NCBI GenBank assembly: GCA_035316385.1
Contig: DATHIZ010000451.1
Location: 1-53,400, forward strand
DNA length: 53,400 nt
Source of the DNA: Bryobacteraceae bacterium
GTDB lineage: Bacteria; Acidobacteriota; Terriglobia; Bryobacterales; Bryobacteraceae
Reading direction: 5' to 3'
This document shows, piece after piece, positions 36,085-43,324 of this stretch. The translations under genes were made by a program, and so were the position numbers. The notes beneath the pieces were generated by a model. The model made no database searches, was not told the DNA's origin, and saw nothing but the letters and a program-made list of their open reading frames with translations. The first letter of the stretch is position 1, and each line of letters opens with the position of its first letter.

Positions 36085-36515
36085 TGCCGGCCGGTCCGAA
36101 TACTGCTTTTGTCCTGACTATCTTCGGCCTGCTCGGGATGTACGGCGAACTGATTTGGCCGGGACGCCGCATCGCCGGACTGGCCGGCCCGGGAGTGCTG
36201 GGTTTAGGAGCCGCGCTGACGGGCGCCTATTTCCTATGGCTCCATTCACCCACGACGTTCGGCCTGCAGTTTCTAGGCGCCGCGGTGGCGTTGTTTGCCA
36301 TAGACGCAATGGTCAACTCGTATTTCGTGGCCGGGGTAGCTGGCGCCGTGGCCATGACTATCGGTTTTTGGAAGCTTTTCGACGGCCCGCGCGGAATCGT
36401 GGCGGGTTTGGCATTCCCACTCTGTCTGCTCTTCGGGTCAATTACGATGTTTCTGAGCTACGGGGCGAAAAGAGCGCGCCGGAATAAATGGAAGGGAACT
36501 TTTCGCCAGCCGTAA
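36084..36515 (+). CDS. NfeD-like polytopic membrane protein (membrane core only)
   Basis: The ATG overlaps the kinase stop (TGATG). About 4 TM helices. PNTAFVLTIFGLLGMYGELIWPG...GVLGLGAALTGAYFLW resembles the central membrane region of NfeD proteins. There is no ClpP-like protease domain and no C-terminal OB-fold. Confidence 0.5.
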   Translation: MPAGPNTAFVLTIFGLLGMYGELIWPGRRIAGLAGPGVLGLGAALTGAYFLWLHSPTTFGLQFLGAAVALFAIDAMVNSYFVAGVAGAVAMTIGFWKLFDGPRGIVAGLAFPLCLLFGSITMFLSYGAKRARRNKWKGTFRQP

Positions 36516-36539
36516 CGTAAGTTTTGAGCGAGAGGGCCC

Positions 36540-37529
36540 ATGCGTCACTTCCTACTTGTTCCCATTGCGTTGCTGGCGGGTTCCCTATGCGCGTCCGGCA
36601 GCATCGATAGTGGTTTGTTGGGGCTTGTACCAGCCGGGGCGAAGGCCATCGGCGGCTTCGATGTAACCAATTCGCGAAATTCCGAATTCGGACAATATCT
36701 GCTGACGAAATCCCAGGCAGACGATCCGCATTTACAGAAGCTGATGGAGGCAACGGGCTTTGACCCGCGCCGCGACCTGCAGAGCTTGCTATTCGAAAGC
36801 GGGGACCCGCGCCCAGGCGGCCATCAGCATTCGTTTGCGATCTTGGCGCGCGGCACGTTCGACGAGCGGCGTATTGAAGCGCATGCGCAAGCTGAGGGGG
36901 GCGTCGCCCAGAGCTTTCAGGGCGTCCGGATGATAGTAACTCAATCGCACGGCGAAGAAACCGCGCTCGCCTTTCTGGACACGGGCGTGGCCGCCTATGC
37001 CGACGTGGCAACGCTTCAGCAAATCATTCTGAACCGGGCTACACCTTCCACGCTGGATCCGGCTTTGCAGAGCAAGATCGACCTCATCGGGAGCAAGAAC
37101 GACATTTGGTTTGCCGCTCTCATGGGCGGTGATTTCCTGGCCAACCACTTCAATCACGGGCCGCGCGGTAATGATGCCGGCGCCGGGCAGTTGCCAGAGC
37201 AGGCGAAAGTGCTGCAGTCCGTCGTGCAATCGAGCGGCGGCGTGCGGCTGGGCCCGACAATCGAAATAACGTTTCACGCCGTTACGCGTTCGGCCCAGGA
37301 CGCAACCTCGCTGGTGGACGTCGTTCGTTTTCTGGCCAGCATGGTGCAGATGCAGCGGCAGAGCGACCCGCGCGCCGACCTGGTGGCGCCATCACTGGAC
37401 GGCATGACGATCCGAACCGATGGAAATCAGGTACATTTTGCGATGTCGATGCCCGAAAAAAACCTGGAGCAACTCGCGGAACTAGGTCCTAAAGCGAACG
37501 GCAGACGGGCTAGGCCCAATATCCGGTAA
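36540..37529 (+). CDS. Secreted hypothetical protein
   Basis: Signal peptide MRHFLLVPIALLAGSLCASG. A 329-aa ORF with coding-like composition. I recognised no family. Its 3' end overlaps the convergent DUF4337 gene by 20 nt. Confidence 0.55.
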   Translation: MRHFLLVPIALLAGSLCASGSIDSGLLGLVPAGAKAIGGFDVTNSRNSEFGQYLLTKSQADDPHLQKLMEATGFDPRRDLQSLLFESGDPRPGGHQHSFAILARGTFDERRIEAHAQAEGGVAQSFQGVRMIVTQSHGEETALAFLDTGVAAYADVATLQQIILNRATPSTLDPALQSKIDLIGSKNDIWFAALMGGDFLANHFNHGPRGNDAGAGQLPEQAKVLQSVVQSSGGVRLGPTIEITFHAVTRSAQDATSLVDVVRFLASMVQMQRQSDPRADLVAPSLDGMTIRTDGNQVHFAMSMPEKNLEQLAELGPKANGRRARPNIR

Positions 37530-38028
37530 CGGCGATGGACAGCCCCAGGAGGGCTGAGATCACGCCAAACACGAAGAGGGGCTTTCGTTTGACCAGAATC
37601 GACAAAGAAGAAAAAACGATGGCGCATTCCAGAAAGACTTCGCCAATGTGGAAACGCTCGGCCTCATGGCCGGTCTTGTCGCGCTCTTTCTCGAAGTCAT
37701 GGGCTTTCTCTGAGATTTCAGCCAAGTCCCTCTCGTAGCGGTCGCCATCCTTGGTATATTTGGCGACGATTTTCGGATCGGATTTTATCTGCGTAAGCAC
37801 ATCTTGCGCCAGTTGAGCCGAATAGCGCCGGATATTCTTTGCCTGGTAGTACGCCCACTGGTCAGAGCAAAGTTGCTGGTTGAGAAGCTTTTCCGCATTA
37901 AAATGCTGACCGAGGACCGTCACTATGGCAAGCATGGCGGCGATGATCGCCATGGTGCCCGCCACAACCTTGTCGAAGGGCTCGCGGGCGTTGTGAACTT
38001 GTTCCTCTACTTCCTCTTGCTCGGACAT
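37510..38028 (-). CDS. DUF4337-like membrane protein
   Basis: The architecture matches DUF4337 as I recall it. An acidic N-terminus and a TM (VVAGTMAIIAAMLAIVTVLG) are followed by a long helical region with WAYYQAKNIRRY, then a C-terminal TM pair (VFLECAIVFSSLSILV..., FVFGVISALLGLSIAVTGY). Confidence 0.6.
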   Translation of the reverse strand: MSEQEEVEEQVHNAREPFDKVVAGTMAIIAAMLAIVTVLGQHFNAEKLLNQQLCSDQWAYYQAKNIRRYSAQLAQDVLTQIKSDPKIVAKYTKDGDRYERDLAEISEKAHDFEKERDKTGHEAERFHIGEVFLECAIVFSSLSILVKRKPLFVFGVISALLGLSIAVTGYWA

Positions 38029-38054
38029 GCAGGACCCAAGCTAACACGATGCGG

Positions 38055-39164
38055 CTACATGGCTGTCGCCATTTTTGACAGCTCGCGCACAAGCTTCCGG
38101 TAGTTCAGATGATCGAGGGCGCGGAACGGAAACCATTGGCCGTCACGCCAGGAAGAGTAGTACCAGCGGGAGAACAAAGCCAAGTGCTCCACGCGCCGCC
38201 CCTCGCTTTGGACAGACCGTAGGGATGTCTCAAGCAACTCGCGGAGTTCCCGGTCCAGTGACATGGCGCGCGACTCTTCGCCCGACAGATCCACGGGCAC
38301 CGGATCCTGCCAGTACCCCGCAATCACAGGCCACAGACGGAACTGCCGGTAACCGCAGGCAGGTGTGAGCGCTACTCCGTTGAATTCGTCGATCGACGTA
38401 ATGGCACGGTCGCGTGAGGCAGCGGCGGCATTCACGCGCTCCAGGCGTTTGTGGATTTGCGCGGCAAGCTCGAAATCCATTTCTGACGAGGCTTTCTGGC
38501 GGGCGACGGAAAGGCTTGTGGCGGAGCTCTGGCCGTTGGTCGCAAGAAAATCGAGAACGCGGCCCGATTCGCCGTGGTACTCTTCACTCGTGACGGCGCA
38601 CTGGCACGGCCGCAGGCACTGGTTCATCTCGCCATAGATGCAACCAGGATGGGTAGGGTGAGGCTCCAGAACCTCCGTGCAGCGGCGCAGCTGAAACAGC
38701 CCCAGAACCTCCTGCTCATAGCGCTGGGCCAGGTCGCGGCTGGAGAATGGACCGAATACGGCCGTGCTCTTGCGCGAGATCCGGTTCTTCAGCTCCAGCC
38801 GTGGAAATGCATCCGCGGCGGACAGGCTGACGAACCAGGGCAAGCGCAGCCGGAGTTGCTGTAAATAGCCGGAGGGGTTGTAGCGTTTGGCTAATTCGTA
38901 CATGACTAGCGAAATTTCCAGCCTTGAACCAGTTAACCAAAAATTCACCAACTCGACACTATCGCGAAGCAGAGGTGGTGCATTGACCGTAGATGGGACA
39001 AGCAATCGTTTCAGTCTTCGTTTAAGATTGATTGACCAACTGAAATGGGGCGGATGGCCACGCACGGAAAACGCATAAATGCCGGACGACTCAGGAAGCG
39101 CGTGAATGGCTTCGGCCAGATCGGGCGCGCGGGGCGAAAGAGTAAAAGGGTCGGGAAGTTTCAC
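38055..39164 (-). CDS. UvrC N-terminal-half homologue (GIY-YIG-like + Cys-rich + UVR-like motif), lacking the C-terminal endonuclease/HhH half
   Basis: GTG start. SGIYAFSV...INLKRRLKRLL and YELAKRYNPSGY resemble the GIY-YIG core. GPFSSRDLAQRYEQEVLGLFQLRRC...CLRPCQCAVTSEEYHGESGRVLDFLATNG parallels the UvrC Cys-rich region. DFELAAQIHKRLERV resembles the UVR motif. At 369 aa against ~600 aa for UvrC, no RNase H-like or (HhH)2 part is present. Confidence 0.6.
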   Translation of the reverse strand: MKLPDPFTLSPRAPDLAEAIHALPESSGIYAFSVRGHPPHFSWSINLKRRLKRLLVPSTVNAPPLLRDSVELVNFWLTGSRLEISLVMYELAKRYNPSGYLQQLRLRLPWFVSLSAADAFPRLELKNRISRKSTAVFGPFSSRDLAQRYEQEVLGLFQLRRCTEVLEPHPTHPGCIYGEMNQCLRPCQCAVTSEEYHGESGRVLDFLATNGQSSATSLSVARQKASSEMDFELAAQIHKRLERVNAAAASRDRAITSIDEFNGVALTPACGYRQFRLWPVIAGYWQDPVPVDLSGEESRAMSLDRELRELLETSLRSVQSEGRRVEHLALFSRWYYSSWRDGQWFPFRALDHLNYRKLVRELSKMATAM

Positions 39165-39180
39165 GGAACGAGCGGCGGGT

Positions 39181-39204
39181 TTTCCTTTAGGGGCTTTCCT
39201 TTAG
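39181..39204. repeat. Direct repeat TTTCCTTTAG-gggc-TTTCCTTTAG in the divergent region between the uvrC-like gene and the small zinc-ribbon ORF
   Basis: Read directly. It is followed by two TAGAAT hexamers (39201-39206 and 39218-39223) that could serve as -10 boxes. Confidence 0.4.
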
Positions 39205-39237
39205 AATTGTACAGTCTAGAATAGGTGTTATCTCGCT

Positions 39238-39396
39238 ATGCAGGGTTGTCAGCACGAGCGATCCGAGTTTCTCTACCGGCGTGACGGTATCGATTACGTA
39301 CGATGCCTGGATTGTGGCCAGGTCTTCGAATCGGGGGATTTAGAGTCGGTAGCCGTATACGAAGAAGAAGAAGAAAAGCCTAAGAAGCGCCGCTGA
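39238..39396 (+). CDS. Possible 52-aa zinc-ribbon-like small protein with acidic/basic tail
   Basis: Not in the ORF track because it is under 60 aa. My manual translation is MQGCQHERSEFLYRRDGIDYVRCLDCGQVFESGDLESVAVYEEEEEKPKKRR*. It has a CxH...CxxC arrangement and an AGGTG 9 nt upstream of the ATG. It lies 56 nt upstream of yvcK on the same strand. Confidence 0.4.
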   Translation: MQGCQHERSEFLYRRDGIDYVRCLDCGQVFESGDLESVAVYEEEEEKPKKRR

Positions 39397-39452
39397 AGCA
39401 CGGCTTCACGGTTCGGTTCACGCTTGTTACACATTGAAAATTTGCAAGGGCC

Positions 39453-40553
39453 ATGTCAGGATTGACACGCGTCTCGGCCCAACAAAAAAGCAGATTGAAG
39501 TCCCCACTGCGGATTTTGTCGATCGGCGGCGGAACGGGGCTCTCGACGCTGCTGTCGGGCTTGAAGAGATACGCCCGCGGCGCGCTCGAAGGCGGCCCGA
39601 CCGGTACACCCGTGGTGGATATCACTGCGGTGGTGACGGTCTCGGACGACGGAGGCAGTTCCGGACGCCTGCGCCGGGATTTCGATATCTTGCCGCCGGG
39701 CGATATCCGCAACTGCATGACCGCCCTTTCCGAGGACGAACATCTGCTTTCGCACCTGTTCGAATACCGCTTTGCCAGCGGCCGGGGACTCAAGGGCCAT
39801 AGTTTCGGCAATCTGTTCCTCACCGCAATGCACCAGATCACCGGCGACTTTGCGCAAGCCGTGAAACTGTCATCGGAGATTCTGGCCATCCGGGGGCATA
39901 TTTTTCCGGCTACTTCGGCCAACGTCACGTTGGAAGCAGTGTTAACCGACGGCTCAGTGGTGCGCGGCGAGACTAAGATCGGCAAGAGCCGCAGCGCCAT
40001 CCACGCGGTGCGCCTGAGCCCGGAAAATTGCGAGCCGCTGGCGGATACCCTGGACGCCATCGAAAAAGCAGACCTTATTACCTTGGGACCCGGTTCGCTC
40101 TATACCAGCGTGATACCGAACCTTCTGGTAAACGGCGTGCCGGAGGCGATCAGCCGGTCGGGCGCCATGAAGGTCTATTTTGTGAACCTGATGTGGCAGC
40201 CGGGGGAGACGATTAACTTCTCCGCCTCAGCGCATTTGCAGGCGCTGCACGCGCACGCGGGATTAGATTTGATTGATTGCGTCGTGCTGAACTCCGCGCC
40301 CATCTCGCCATCGCTGAGACGCAAATACGCGCGCGAACAAGTGAAGCCGGTGGAAAACGACATCGAAAACCTGGTCAGGCTGGGCGTGAAAGTTGTGACT
40401 GCCGACCTGGTCAGCAATGTGACCTTCGCGCGAAACGCCATCCGGCACGATCCGGAAGCTCTGGCTAAAGTGGTTGTGGATCTGGCCAGCCGTTCCCGCG
40501 CCTATCAACTGAGAAAAGAAGCGCTTCAGAGCCACCGTTTACGATTGAGATGA
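39453..40553 (+). CDS. yvcK: YvcK/GlmR-family gluconeogenesis factor (CofD-like, UPF0052)
   Basis: N-terminal ILSIGGGTGLSTLLSGLK, VVTVSDDGGSSGRLR, GHSFGNLFL and LGPGSLYTSVIPNLLV are hallmark YvcK/CofD-fold motifs. Confidence 0.9.
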   Translation: MSGLTRVSAQQKSRLKSPLRILSIGGGTGLSTLLSGLKRYARGALEGGPTGTPVVDITAVVTVSDDGGSSGRLRRDFDILPPGDIRNCMTALSEDEHLLSHLFEYRFASGRGLKGHSFGNLFLTAMHQITGDFAQAVKLSSEILAIRGHIFPATSANVTLEAVLTDGSVVRGETKIGKSRSAIHAVRLSPENCEPLADTLDAIEKADLITLGPGSLYTSVIPNLLVNGVPEAISRSGAMKVYFVNLMWQPGETINFSASAHLQALHAHAGLDLIDCVVLNSAPISPSLRRKYAREQVKPVENDIENLVRLGVKVVTADLVSNVTFARNAIRHDPEALAKVVVDLASRSRAYQLRKEALQSHRLRLR

Positions 40554-41956
40554 AAAATAATGTCACCGTCGTGATTCTTGCCGCCGGGCTTGGAACACGC
40601 ATGAAATCCCGCAAAGCGAAGGTGCTGCACGAAGCCGGCGGAGACACCTTGCTGAACCACATTGTGCGAGCCGCGCTGCAGGTCGCCGAGCCTGAGCGAA
40701 TCGTGGCCGTGGTTGGCCATCAAGCCGCCAAGGTCCAGGCTAGCGTTAAAACACCGGGCATCCGGTTCGCCGAGCAGACCGAGCAGCGCGGAACCGGACA
40801 CGCGGTGCTATGCGCGCGCGAGGACGTGGCGGCCGCCGAGGGCCTACTGCTGATTTTGAATGGCGATGGGCCGCTGCTGCGCGCGGAAACGCTGCTGGCG
40901 CTAGTGGAACTCGGGAGCCGGGCCACAGGCGAGCCAACCTTGGGCGGGGCGATTGTGACCACTCGCATGGCCGACCCCACCGGTTACGGACGGATTGTGC
41001 GCGACGAGCGCGGTATGGTGGCGGCGATTGTGGAACAGAAGGCGGCGAGCCTGGAACAACTCAACATTCGCGAGATCAATCCAGGGCTGTATTGCTTTCA
41101 ATCGGAGCTTTTCTGGCGGCACGCCGGCGAGCTCACCACGAACAATCCGGCAAAGGAATACTACCTGACCGACATGGTAGAGATTCTGGCCCGGCACGGC
41201 CATTCCATCCTGCCCATGCCGGTGGAGGATGAGACCGAGTTGCTGGGCATTAACACGCGCGTGGAATTGGCCCTCGCGGACAAGATTCTGCGCGCCAGGA
41301 AATCCCGCGAACTCATGCTGGCGGGCGTCACCATTGAAAACCCGGACAGTGTGACGATTGACGTGGACGTGGAAGTGGGAATGGATTCGGTGCTGGAGGC
41401 AAACGTGCATCTGCGCGGCCAGACGCGCATCGGAGCCGGCTGCCGGATCGGCACGGGATCGGTGATGCGCGATTGCGATGTCGCCGACGAAGTAACAATT
41501 CTGCCGTATGTCGTCGCCGACCAGGCAGTTGTCCGCGCCAGGGCGTCTATCGGACCGTTCACGCGTATGCGGCTGCATGCCGATGCCGGAGAAGATAGCC
41601 ATATCGGTAACTTCGTCGAGCTCAAGAAGACAAAACTCGGCCAAGGTTCCAAGGCGGGCCATCTGGCCTATCTGGGCGATTCCAACATCGGCGCGGGTGT
41701 CAACATCGGCGCGGGCACTATCACCTGCAACTACGATGGGCAAAAGAAACACACGACGGAAATCGGCGAGGGCGTGTTCGTGGGCAGCAACTCCACGTTG
41801 GTTGCTCCGCTCAAGATCGCCGATGGGGCTTATATTGCGGCCGGTTCGACGATCACCACCAACGTAGAGGAAGATGCTCTAGCGATCGGACGCACCCGCC
41901 AAGTGGACAAGCCCGGATGGGCAAAAAAACGCCGCCAGCTGACGGCAAGCCGCTAA
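40550..41956 (+). CDS. glmU: Bifunctional UDP-N-acetylglucosamine pyrophosphorylase / glucosamine-1-phosphate N-acetyltransferase
   Basis: N-terminal VVILAAGLGTRMKSRKAKVLH, the pyrophosphorylase core, and a C-terminal left-handed beta-helix hexapeptide region (GNFVELKKTKLGQGSKAGHLAYLGDSNIGAGVNIGAGTITCNYDG). The ATG overlaps the yvcK stop (ATGA). Confidence 0.95.
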   Translation: MKNNVTVVILAAGLGTRMKSRKAKVLHEAGGDTLLNHIVRAALQVAEPERIVAVVGHQAAKVQASVKTPGIRFAEQTEQRGTGHAVLCAREDVAAAEGLLLILNGDGPLLRAETLLALVELGSRATGEPTLGGAIVTTRMADPTGYGRIVRDERGMVAAIVEQKAASLEQLNIREINPGLYCFQSELFWRHAGELTTNNPAKEYYLTDMVEILARHGHSILPMPVEDETELLGINTRVELALADKILRARKSRELMLAGVTIENPDSVTIDVDVEVGMDSVLEANVHLRGQTRIGAGCRIGTGSVMRDCDVADEVTILPYVVADQAVVRARASIGPFTRMRLHADAGEDSHIGNFVELKKTKLGQGSKAGHLAYLGDSNIGAGVNIGAGTITCNYDGQKKHTTEIGEGVFVGSNSTLVAPLKIADGAYIAAGSTITTNVEEDALAIGRTRQVDKPGWAKKRRQLTASR

Positions 41957-41980
41957 GGCGTTTCGGCGATTAAGAAACAT

Positions 41981-42349
41981 TCAGCGCGGTTTACCGGCGT
42001 GCACCGCGGGCCGGAGTTGAATTTCGAGCGCCGTATCGCCCTCCGGCAAGCGATTGTACCGGACCGTCACGCGCGCCTTCACCTTAACCGCCAGTGTGTT
42101 GATTTTGGTATCGGCATTAATGAGAAAAAGACGTGTCTCGTTCGGCCGCCCGACGAGCGTACGCGAAACCTTCACGTGCCGCGGATCGATCTCAACCACC
42201 GAGCCGGCGAAAAATTGCGGCTTGGCCGGCGAAGGAGCGGCTTGACCCGCAGTCTCCTCATTCACCGCCGCATGGTTGGAACTTTGCGGCGTCGCCGTGA
42301 CCAAGCTCAAGAATAGAGCGATAGCCACGCCGGTCAGTCTATTGCGCAT
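41981..42349 (-). CDS. Small secreted hypothetical protein
   Basis: Signal peptide MRNRLTGVAIALFLSLVTATPQ, then a Pro/Ala linker and a beta-rich ~70-aa domain. No family recognised. Confidence 0.5.
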   Translation of the reverse strand: MRNRLTGVAIALFLSLVTATPQSSNHAAVNEETAGQAAPSPAKPQFFAGSVVEIDPRHVKVSRTLVGRPNETRLFLINADTKINTLAVKVKARVTVRYNRLPEGDTALEIQLRPAVHAGKPR

Positions 42350-42418
42350 AAAAGAGCGTAAGCTTCATCGGCCCTTCCTTGTTTAGCACAGCCCGAGCAT
42401 TTGGCGCTTCAGTTTCAC

Positions 42419-43297
42419 TTACAAAACTGTGCCCGGATGGTACAAATTAGGGATTTTTAACTGGCCAATGGCAATCAGTTCACCGGAGTAAGATAAAGCC
42501 TTTACGAGAGGCGTGCCGGCGGGCACCACAAACGGTGAAGTGCGGAAGTCGCGGCCCTGTCGGATTTGTGTTTCCACCCTGGCATCGAAATGTTCGGCGG
42601 GTACGTGAGTCAGCATCGCGGCGGCAGGCGTGACGGCTTCGGGCAGACGCCCCGCGGCCGCCAGATCGATGAGGGCGTCTAACGTTCTGGCGTTCTCGAT
42701 TCTGAATTCACCGGCTTGCGTTCTGCGTAACCGGCTGAGCAGCGCGCCGCAGCCCAGGCGCTGGCCCAGGTCATGCGCGATACTCCGGATGTAGCCGCCG
42801 CTGGAGCAGGTGACAACAATCTCCATTTTATCCACGGATAAGTTTGTCACCTCCAGGCGTTTCACCTCGATTTCGACGGCGGGCAACTCCACGGAAATTT
42901 GCTTGCGAACCAGCTTGTAAGCTGCCACGCCGTTGATCTTTTTCGCCGAAACGGGCGGAGGCGTTTGCATAAACCGTCCGGTGAACCCCACCAGCGCGGC
43001 GCGCACGGCGTCCGGCAAAGGCAGGGGCGCGCCGGTTTCGACCACCTGCCCTTCGGCATCGTACGTGTCGGAGGTCCGCCCGAAAGTAATCTCCGCATAG
43101 TATGTCTTGTCGTCCTTGCCATAGAACTGGGCAAGCCGGGTGGCGGCGCCGGTCACCAGGGCAAGCAGTCCGGTCGCCATGGGATCCAGCGTGCCCAGGT
43201 GTCCCACGCGCTTGGTCTTGGCGAGTTTGCGCCAGCGGTTCACCACGTCGTGGCTGGTGCATCCCGCCGGTTTGTCAATCAATACTAGGCCATTCAT
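42419..43297 (-). CDS. truB: tRNA pseudouridine(55) synthase
   Basis: MNGLVLIDKPAGCTSHDVV and the catalytic-Asp motif VGHLGTLDPMATGLL. Size 292 aa. Confidence 0.95.
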   Translation of the reverse strand: MNGLVLIDKPAGCTSHDVVNRWRKLAKTKRVGHLGTLDPMATGLLALVTGAATRLAQFYGKDDKTYYAEITFGRTSDTYDAEGQVVETGAPLPLPDAVRAALVGFTGRFMQTPPPVSAKKINGVAAYKLVRKQISVELPAVEIEVKRLEVTNLSVDKMEIVVTCSSGGYIRSIAHDLGQRLGCGALLSRLRRTQAGEFRIENARTLDALIDLAAAGRLPEAVTPAAAMLTHVPAEHFDARVETQIRQGRDFRTSPFVVPAGTPLVKALSYSGELIAIGQLKIPNLYHPGTVL

Positions 43298-43324
43298 TCG
43301 GATTAGTGTGGCTACGTTAGTCTG

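Noticed and set aside
39361-39375. (GAA)5 trinucleotide repeat.
   Set aside because: It lies in frame within the putative small zinc-ribbon ORF, where it encodes EEEEE. Length changes would stay in frame, and it is too short to call a microsatellite of interest on its own.
40901-41752. Long antisense or out-of-frame ORFs inside confident genes. Examples are 40901..41752 in glmU, 48266..49171, 25879..26622 in hemL, 35274..36056 in the kinase, 32885..33619, 11208..11852 in the P450, 7994..8728 and 2026..2880.
   Set aside because: These are typical shadow ORFs of GC-rich DNA. They are Arg/Pro/Gly/Ala-rich with no recognisable motifs, and each fully overlaps a gene with strong family signatures on the other strand or frame.
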